From positions 115,382,001-115,446,000 of the forward strand of contig NC_043003.1 in the NCBI RefSeq assembly GCF_006345805.1: a DNA stretch of 64,000 bases. The letters run 5' to 3'. The notes beneath the pieces were generated by a model, which searched no databases, was not told the origin of the DNA, and saw nothing but the letters and a program-made list of their open reading frames with translations. How positions within the stretch are numbered: position 1 is the first letter of the stretch; each line of letters starts with the position of its first letter. Below are positions 53,091-64,000 of the stretch, piece by piece. This DNA is from Octopus sinensis. Its lineage: Eukaryota. The position numbers and the translations under genes are program-made.

Positions 53091-53092
53091 GT
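52085..53092. repeat. Microsatellite cluster: (ATCT)n at 52140-52345 and (TA)n at 52800-53090
   Basis: Seen directly in sequence. Confidence 0.9.
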
Positions 53093-54659
53093 CACGGCAT
53101 TATAGATAACTGTCTCAAACTCATGTAATTATTCATCAGTGCAACGTTCAACTCGAATTCATTCCGTTTCTCCTTGAATTTGCTTCTACACCCTCGGGTA
53201 ACATCTCAATACTATCTTTTGCTGATATAGCCACGCCTTCAACTATAAGAATCTTGCTTTAGTTTACAGCAATCCTTTAACCATTTGCGTTTCCATGTGA
53301 AACACTTGGCATACTTCATCAGCATCCATAAATCAATTATGATACACATTACCAACTATTTTTTTAAAAACCACGGTAACTTAGATCTTTTAAATAAGGG
53401 CTTAATATTACTCAGAGTGTAATAAACAAGGGATAACAAACACTATAAGCTCATTACTGCAGGAAAGGAAATACATTCCCGCTCACACTTTTAAGCTTCA
53501 CCTAGCGTAATGCAATACAAAGATGCACCTGCAGAAGTTCGACAATGATGCACAAGGATGGTAGATGGTCCGACACTGATCAACATAATATTTCTTGCCA
53601 AACTTATTCGAAAGATGTTATGTTCATTTTGATGCTTCATCTGAAAATGATACCAGTTTGTCTAGATTGTCACTAGGTTTTCAGTCTACTAGAAAATCTC
53701 ACATTTTAGTTCTAAGTATTTTTTGTCTTATATTATTTGCTTCTCACACATGCGCACATATAAGCGTATATACATATCCACCTGTTCATGCACCTATATA
53801 TGTATTTGAATAAGTCCCGACCTATACAAATGCATATATCATACCTATATTGAGAAGGTGATTTTTCAAACATTTAAGCTTTATTATTAAAGGTATTTTA
53901 ACGTTCTTATTAAGCATTTTTTCTAGCAATGGCTGCGTCATTTTTTTCACGCAGCAAATACTTTTAAAACTTCAGATCCCACAGTTTCGCCATAAGTTCA
54001 AGAGTTTTCTCTTTTGCTTTGGGTCCTTCTGTATAATGATCCCTTGTTATTATTTCCTTCCTGAGTTACTCCTTTACTTAATATGTTTCTGGTTTTGACC
54101 TAAGAAAGAAATATTTTAATTTCTTTTTTAGGAGATATAAAATACACACTGTCGTTTCATAATTTCTAACTTATCTCTATTCGTCCCAATTACATATCTC
54201 TTAATACATCGAAGTTCATTTTATACTTTTCTACAGGAATTTCAAATAAAATTTCAGTTTCCAATAATTTTCCCTTTACATAAATTATCTCTTCTCTAAA
54301 TATTATTTCAAATGTATTATTGAGATGAATCGAAATATTGCTACAGATTCGCACTTTTTCGCATCTGTATAACAATGCAATTCAGCCAACGATATTCTTA
54401 ATTGTTGTCTAAGAACCGTCATTCTGCCAGGTTCCTTACGCATAAATATCCCAGGCGACGCGTTCGTATTGAATAATAATGACATTAATGCATATATTGA
54501 TTCGTGCATCGGCATGTAATATGCTGCTTGATAATACTGCATTATTATTCACTGCACATATGACTGCACATATGGTTCCTTATATACATGTAATTATGTA
54601 GGTATCCGTCAATCGCTCTCCGTTACCTAGCTGTAAACATGATTTCACGCATTTCTCTA

Positions 54660-55331
<672 letters not shown>

Positions 55332-56115
55332 CGTGAGATGCATAAACACACAGGCATATAGATGGATAGATTTATAAATAGATATTCGCATGTACGTATA
55401 AATAAATGTTTATTAATGTGAATATATGAGAGTGTTGGTGTATGATATGCATATATTATATGTGTGTGTTTGTGTGTGTGTGTGTATACATGTGTATGGA
55501 TAGACTTCTGTATGGACACACAAATACATAGACCTACACACACAGGCACACATACACTCATACACTTCCACATATGACTATATCCGTATATAATGTTACA
55601 GATGCCTGTGTGAATGTTACAATGGTGAAACGGTAGTGGGAGCATTCCTACATGTAGACATAACCACTAATAGATATAGGCACACAATCAATTGACTAAC
55701 TCATTAATATTTAATGATATCTATTTGTTCATCCGGATATATTTTCTTTGTGTATCTTTCAATTCGATCTATCACTTTAGGTAATTATATTCTTCTCCCA
55801 GTCTATATCTTTTCTCCTCAATTTTTCTCGCATCCATTTCACTACATACGCATGTGTTGATATTGTATATATCACTATATACATATTCTTTTATGCATGC
55901 ATGTTTTAATGCTTCTCTTCCATCCTCTCTATTAAATATATGCCTCGTTTGACGCAAGTTTCGTACATACGCGTATATATACTATATAACATATGATAGA
56001 CACTTAAGCGTTCAAATATATTGTTCACTTGAGGTATTCTTGGATTTATATTACAATAAATTTTGAGTCAATTATTAGTTCTTGCTAATAGTAAAGTTTC
56101 CGTTTTCTTTCTTAC

Positions 56116-56202
56116 TCTGCATCTTATCGAATTCTCTCTTAGTTACACTTGATACCAATAAATGTCCGACAGAATGAAGTTGAAGATATTGAGAAACAAA
56201 AT
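56116..56202 (-). CDS. Exon candidate (FVSQYLQLHSVGHLLVSSVTKREFDKMQ)
   Basis: Acceptor atatctatag and donor a|gtaaga; 87 nt, symmetric phase 1. Confidence 0.2.
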
Positions 56203-56740
56203 CTATAGATATACTATAAAAATAAATTGAAGTAGACTTCATATTTCTTTGTGCTGTATATTTCAAACTTTTCCTTTCGTATGATTAAATCTTTGTTGTC
56301 TCATCAGATAAAATATTTCTCTCATGTAAACTCACTATGTACTGACTTAATGTAGATCCCCCCTCTCTCTCTCTCTTTCTGTCTTTCCCTCTCAAACACC
56401 CACACATATTCACACAGATACATAGGTAGCAATATGAAGAAATTCTTATTCTACATCACTCAGTTTATATGTAAGATGCTCTGCATTTTCAGTATTTGTA
56501 ACGACTCGTTTTACCGTCCAGAAATCAAAATTCGAAATATAATATGTATATGGCTGATCTGTAACATATTTCCTCTTCACATTAGAATCTTTTTGAATCC
56601 CAGCATTAATTGAAGATAGAAGCTAACTACTTACAAATTAGGATCTTCTGTCTCAGATGTTATTGCTTTAGTTAGCAACCGCGACAGGACATATATACGT
56701 TCAAATTCCTTGACGCCAGTGACACCCCATTGACACTTCC

Positions 56741-57343
56741 GGCGAGCTGGCACAATCGTTAGCACGCCGGGCGAAATGCTTAGCGTTCTGAGTTCAAATT
56801 CCGCCGAGGTCGACTTTGCCTTTCATCCTCTCGGGGTCGATTAAATAAATACCAGTTACGCACTGGGGTCGATATAATCGACTTAATACCTATGTCTGTC
56901 CTTGTTTGTCCCCTTTGTGTTTAGCCCCTTGTGGGTAGTAAAGAAATAGGTATTACGACTGCCGCTACGTTCTGAGTTCAAATTCCGCCGAGGTCGACTT
57001 TGCCTCTCATCGTTTCGGGGTCGATTAAATAAATACCAGTTACACACTGGGGTCGATATAATCGACTTAATCCGTTCGTCTGTCCTTGTTTGTCCCCTTT
57101 GTGTTTAACACTTTGTATGCAGTAAAGAAATAGGTATTTCGTCTGCCGTTACGTTCTGCGTTGAAATTCCGCCGAGTTTGACTTTGCCTTTCACTCTTTT
57201 CAGGGTCGATTAAATAAGTACCAGTTACGCAATAGGGTCGATTAAATAAGTACCAGGTACGCACTAGATCGATGTTATCGACTTTATCCTTTTATCTGTC
57301 CTTGTTTGTCCCCTCTATGTTTAGTTCCTTGTGGGCAATAAAG
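56741..57343 (+). mobile_element. SINE family C with body tandemly triplicated (period 184)
   Basis: cgttctg(a/c)gtt recurs at 56784, 56968 and 57152 after a single head. Confidence 0.9.
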
Positions 57344-57454
57344 ATATAAATGATAAGAAATCAAAAACCATATTTTTCGAAGTCGCTTTCATTCTTTAAA
57401 TGCGTAAACCATAATTTTACGGAGATTTACATATTTTAAGATATTTTCACATTG

Positions 57455-57755
57455 TAAGTTGGTGAGTTGGCAGAATCTTCAGCTCGCTTTGAGTTCAAAG
57501 TTCGCCGACGTCATTAATTCTTTCGAGGTCGATAAAATATGTACTAACTAACCACTGGAGTCGATGTAATCGATTTGAAAACCCACTGACCTCGTGCTAA
57601 AATTGGAAATCGATAAATTAAGGCGTTGAGCTGCTACAACCGTCAGCACACCGAACAAACTGCTTAGCGGCACTTCGTCCGTATTTACGTTCGGTGCTCA
57701 AATTCCGTACAGGTTGATTTTGCCTTTCATTCTTTCATCCTTTCGGGGTTGAAAA
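57455..57755 (+). mobile_element. Two degraded SINE family C copies
   Basis: gagttggcagaatc..gaggtcgataaaat; gcgttgagctgc..gcctttcat..cctttcggggtt. Confidence 0.7.
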
Positions 57756-58295
57756 GTGAGCTCGATGTGCAGTTAGTTCAATGACAACGATTTACCCCCT
57801 CTTTGTGCTCAAAGTGATTTAGAAAAAGAAATAGAATCTCTTTAATTCACCACTCAGGGATCTCTTTTAATCCACCGCTCCAGTAATATAGTTAGGAGCT
57901 TCCTGATACCAACATAGAAGGTTATCTAAAAACCCCATAATTACGTTGACCTCTTCAATTACCATCCAGTCAAGGATAGCAATGCGTGTTTAGAAAATAT
58001 CGCTTTCAAAATTGCATACTGCAATATCAGCAATCAATGCACCTACAGAAGCACCTGTTATACTCCAGCAACCGAAATCTTACCAACTAAAGCAATGGGA
58101 GGATAATGCCTATCGAATAGAGTGATCTATAGAGCTAGACACGCAAAATCTTAAGGTATTACAAAAGATTATACGGACATGATGGCCAATGATTTTAATT
58201 GATGATACAGCATATAAATTCTATCACTTATAAGGACGGACGAAACTCCACTTTAGCTTTAGTATTTTTAAAAGTATATGACTTAGGTGGAATAT

Positions 58296-58854
58296 TTATT
58301 TCTTCATTGCCGACAGGGGGATAAACATTGAGGGAACAAACAAATGGATTAAGACAATTACATTTACCCCAGTGCGTATCTGGTACATATTTAATCGACC
58401 CCGAAAGGATGAAAACCAAAGTCGACCTCGGCGGAATTTCAACTCAGATCGTAACGGCAGAAGAAATAACTATTTCTTTACTACCCAGAAGGGACAAACA
58501 AGGACAGACAAACGGATTAATTCGATTACATCGACCCCAGTACGTAACTGGTAGTTAATTTATGGACCCCGAGAGGACGAAAGGCAAAGTCGACCTCGGC
58601 GGAATTTGAACTCAGAACGTAACGTCAGAAGAAATACCTATTTCTTTACTACCCAGAAGGGACAAATAATGACAGACAAACGGATTAATTCGATTACATC
58701 GACCCCAGTACGTAACTGGTACTTAATTTATGGACCCCGAGAGGATGAAAGGCAAAGTCGACCTCGGCGGAATTTGAACTCAGAATGTAACGGCAGACGA
58801 AATACAGCTAAGCATTTTTCCCGGCGCGCTAACGATTCTGCCAGGTCGCCGCCT
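58296..58854 (-). mobile_element. SINE family C with body tandemly triplicated (period 168)
   Basis: gaccccga recurs at 58397, 58565 and 58733; single head at about 58800-58854. Confidence 0.9.
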
Positions 58855-58856
58855 AT

Positions 58857-59230
58857 TTCTGGTCAAGAGAGACTTTGAACCGAGTGGTCGTGGGCATCTT
58901 CACTATCTCGTTCGGCAGCTTATTCCTCGGATCCACAACACGGACGGAGAAAGCCCCTCTCCTTCGATTGAGATGAAATCGTCGTAGATAGAGCTTTTCG
59001 GAGTGACCCCGCAGCCCACGCTCTGGAGCAGGAGTGAAGAACAGCTCTTTCGAGAGGTTACACTTTCCGCTTATGATGTGAGCGAGAATGAGATCGTATG
59101 ACCACCCTCCCTGAACATAACTCCCTGTCCCCCTACATGGCCTTGCTTTTGCTTTTTGAGCCAATAAAAATTGAATTGAATTGAGGTGGGATATTAATAG
59201 TGTTGAATAACAGGTCTCGGATGCCTCCCA
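58857..59230 (-). mobile_element. CR1/L2-type LINE 3' fragment
   Basis: LRGHSEKLYLRRFHLNRRRGAFSVRVVDPRNKLPNEIVKM....FKVSLD. Confidence 0.8.
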
Positions 59231-60709
59231 TTTCAATCTAAGCTCGTAACAATCAAAGGCGCTGCTGAAGTAAACATGTCCACGCTTATAATCTTGGATT
59301 CGTTTCCAATTTTGATGTCGGTGCTCTGGAAGTTTTATGGGAAGCAAACCAAATATCCTATATTCCATGAACTGAAATATTGGTAGATATGCTAATAATA
59401 TTGTTTAGGCTATTTACGGTTTTCTCTCTGGTGAAGTGGTATCAGTTCTGGCAGTGGTGGTCATGTTCGGTTTGTTGGTGTATTATTTATTTGGAACATA
59501 GTTTGTGATCGTTTTAAAGTATTCATTCTATCTGATGTTAAATGCATCCTTTGAAATGAATATAAGGGATCATGTGAGATGGATAATAGAGGAAGGATTG
59601 GTAGTGGACTGGTGAATATAAAAACCAATGATATTCGTGGTACAACTATTTGAAATATGGTAACAGTTCTGGTGGCTCGAATAAAAATTCTAAGATGGAT
59701 ATCAGTACATGAGGATAAGTTTACTGTTCAGTTTGAATTGTTTCACGGAAAATTATTTGAAATGAAAATGTTATACAGGTTACTCATTTGGGGAAATCTC
59801 ATATATAGCGTACCAGAGAATCTTTTTGTTAGATAGTGCTGCTTATGCAAAAGTCCTAAGTGTGGCACTCTGCAGTATTAAACCATTCACAAATATTTAA
59901 ATACGTAAAGTATGGCGTATCAAGCTGGTTAACGAGCCAGTAAGAGCATCCAAATTTCCAATGAAACACCTTCTCCTATGATGGATATGTTCCTATAATC
60001 TCTCAGAAAAGAAGGACTATGTCAATTTTTTTATTAGAACTGTCATGTAGTTGAGCTCAACAAAATTAGTGGTCTCTAGCTTGACAAAAATAAGGATAAG
60101 CGGTTGTAAGCACAATCCATTTATTTCTTCTTTACATTTGGGATTTGAAAAATTTCAGGATTTCACTTTCTTCTTCCAGACAATACGGTAGAATAATTAG
60201 TATACAAATAGAAAGTCTTGTCTATGGACAGTCAACATTTGGTTTGAAAACGTTTGTGTTGAGCCATGGTGTAAAAACTCGCCACATATTCATGAATGCA
60301 CTCACGTGCATTGAGAGGTTAGATGAGATAGTTTGAACGTTTAAATAGAAAACATGATGTCAACATATGTTGTCCACACTAAATTATTAAATGATTCAGA
60401 AATTATACTATAGAAAATTATTGCTATTTAAAGGACAATAATGCAAATGCTACAGCGGTCCCTTGTGGCAAGATGCATTGACAAAGTAGGACATTATGCG
60501 TTACAGCATTAAGCAAATATTTAACATGGCGTTCTCAACAAATCCGCATTTGATTTTCACTTCAAAATTTAGAATTCCCTTTCGAGATTGCGAAATAATC
60601 TTGGACATTGTCATAATCACCAGCACCCGCAACACACCCACTGAAACCAATAGCAACACCACCGCCACCTTCATGAGTTAATAACAGCAGTATCCTCATC
60701 ACGGTAGTC

Positions 60710-61405
<696 letters not shown>

Positions 61406-61528
61406 ACCGCCGTTATAATAATGTTCTATGGAAATTATTTTCTGATCAAATGGCTCTAATGGACAAAGCGAATTTCTGAGCAAACATTCGTTGACAATGT
61501 TCATAGAGAGAGAAAAATGCACCAAATT

Positions 61529-61568
<40 letters not shown>

Positions 61569-62416
61569 ACCCTCTCCTTCTCTCTTACACCCATCGCTCT
61601 CTCTCTCTCTCTTTCTTTCTTTCATTCGTCTCTCCTACTTTCTCTACGTTATGGGGTTACTGCAGTGGAGAGATAGGAGAAATCAGAACGTCACAATGTG
61701 ACAATGTATTTGAATATCAATAATTTATCATTGACGATACCGATTTGCCAATAAAGTAAGCTTGATGCAATTAAATTTGCTATTTAACCATTAGTATAAC
61801 ATTCTACTTGCTTCGCAGTCTGTGCATACAAGAGATTATCTAGCGGTAAGAGGTAGAACGGATGAAGAAGTGGACGAAAATTATAGGTGATTCTAAATTT
61901 CTGTAAATGTATTTAATCGGAAAGCCAATATTTGCAATATTAATGTCATTCCCAAAGACACACCCGCATGATACTCTCATAGAAAACTATTCAGAAAGAG
62001 AATTGCATACATATATACGGACGTACGTAGATACGTATACACATGTGTCTGTGTGTGTATACACATGTATATATATGTTTCTGTGTGAATATGTGCATGT
62101 ATTTATATACGTATATGGTTTACATTAGTATAAGCATTTCTGAATAGATTTACATACACATCTACATCTGATTTGGCGCCCATGGATATGCCTGTGTATA
62201 CATTCTTGCACCATTTCAATGATTGTTGTATAGATACGTGTGTATATGTGAGTGTGCGCATACCCATACACTGTGCATATATATAAAAGTGTTCATAAAT
62301 TTATGCAGCCGTTTACACTCATCCAAATAGCTGTTTGTCTCTGTAAATATGTGTCATCTAGATCTCTTTCTTTATGTGTGTATATATATATAATTTTCTA
62401 TCACGGATCAGTACAT

Positions 62417-62454
<38 letters not shown>

Positions 62455-62455
<1 letters not shown>

Positions 62456-63493
62456 CTGTATGTGAGTATGTGTGTGTGTATGTATGTATGAATGTGTATA
62501 TATATATATATATATATAGGGAAAGTTTACGAAAAAAACAAAAGACGATGACAGGTGGTGTTCAAAACAAACAGATGTATTAGTATAACGCTCAGGAATA
62601 GAAAAAGTCTTTTACGTTTCGAGCCTACGCTCTTCTACAGAAAGGCCAACAGAAAAAACAAGGAGAGAAACAAGGAGAGAAAAAAATGCGTGTAGTGGCT
62701 AACGATCGGACTGTTTCTGCACAGGGGCAAACCAGACTCCCGCCTTCGCCGTGAACATATATTAATCTTCTTCCTTCGTTTCTTTGCGCCCATGAATTCA
62801 GTTCGCTACCTCTCTTCATTTGACACCAACGCCACGCGGATTCCCAAACAACTCACACATATATACACGTTCATACACATACTCGCGTATATACACACGT
62901 CCATACGCGCACACAAAAACACCACTACATACACACACAAATACACAAAACGGACATCATTCCACACAACACATACACTAGATTATTTGTACACATACAC
63001 ACACGCCCAGGCCAATGCTTTTGCATACACAGATGAGAACCGTACACATACGTAAACACGCCAATATGTACATCCTCATACATACTATTACATGTTTCTC
63101 ATATAACTCTTCATAATGTACGCACTGGATATTTACACAAAAACGCACACATAAGTCCACACATGTTTCAGCTGGCCCACACATACACATTCACCGACAT
63201 TCATACATACACACTCACACACGCAATCCTCACATTCACATACGCGCGCGAGAGCAAATTAGTTCGACCGAGTCGCCATTATTATCCCTTTTTCATTCAA
63301 CCTCTTTCTTCTGACTATTTCAAAATGTTGAACCGTTAAATCCCTACACAATTTCTCTCTCCTTATTTTTATTATTTTGGTTTTCATTCTCCCTCCTATC
63401 TCGAAACGTAAAAGACTTCCAATCTTCCCAAATCGTCAAACTAATACACCTGCTTGTTATTCCTACATCTGTCATTTGTTTTCTGTAAATTTG

Positions 63494-63564
<71 letters not shown>

Positions 63565-64000
63565 GTGTGTGTCTGTATGTGAGTATGTGTGTGTGTGTAT
63601 GTATGTATGAATGTGTATATATATATAATATATATAGGGAAAGTTTACGAAAAAAACAAAAGACGATGACAGGTGGTGTTCAAAACAAACAGATGTATTA
63701 GTATAACGCTCAGGAATAGAAAAAGTCTTTTACGTTTCGAGCCTACGCTCTTCTACAGAAAGGCCAACAGAAAAAACAAGGAGAGAAACAAGGAGAGAAA
63801 AAAATGCGTGTAGTGGCTAACGATCGGACTGTTTCTGCACAGGGGCAACCAGACTCCCGCCTTCGCCGTGAACATATATTAATCTTCTTCCTTCGTTTCT
63901 TTGCGCCCATGAATTCAGTTCGCTACCTCTCTTCATTTGACACCAACGCCACGCGGATTCCCAAACAACTCACACATATATACACGTTCATACACATACT
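62455..64000. repeat. Near-identical direct duplication (62455-62883 vs 63573-64000, offset 1118); each copy has a hammerhead-bearing repeat
   Basis: Minus strand gcctttCTGTAGAagagcgtaggctcGAAACGTAaaagac at 62607-62646 and 63725-63764. Confidence 0.92.

Noticed and set aside
53100-53720. Coding-looking minus-strand segments
   Set aside because: The open frames are short and switch; there is no consistent exon model.
56741-58854. CRISPR-like regular repeats (also 46272-46789)
   Set aside because: The units are 165-184 bp with no unique spacers and no cas genes; they are SINE bodies or a minisatellite.

Overview
This is AT-rich, repeat-dense eukaryotic DNA with no prokaryotic features (no operons, rRNA or CRISPR). 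The tRNA-headed SINE families resemble the octopus OK/OR-type SINEs as I recall them, so a coleoid cephalopod (probably Octopus) is my inference. Most ORF-track calls are microsatellite translations. Recognisable protein-coding sequence is transposon-derived. It comprises about seven Penelope-like element (PLE) pieces (RT and/or GIY-YIG), an R4/Dong-like RLE non-LTR element, both ends of RTE LINEs, three CR1/Jockey-type LINE fragments, a Tc1/mariner fossil and a Helitron with both termini. Several SINE and MITE families are also present. The best-preserved PLE (24.3-27.9 kb) has a ~1.1 kb inverted 3' repeat. Main observations: (1) about 11 minimal type-I hammerhead-ribozyme-like motifs, all with core deviations, lie in PLE 3' ends and in a dispersed ~200 bp repeat family; (2) the R4/Dong-like element is flanked by (TATG)n on both sides; (3) two tandem-amplified SINE arrays lie in opposite orientation about 1 kb apart; (4) scattered minus-strand exon candidates, one EF-hand-like, may belong to an unidentified host gene. 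Several near-identical duplications may be assembly artefacts. All calls were made by eye without searches, and boundaries are approximate unless splice sites or termini are quoted.
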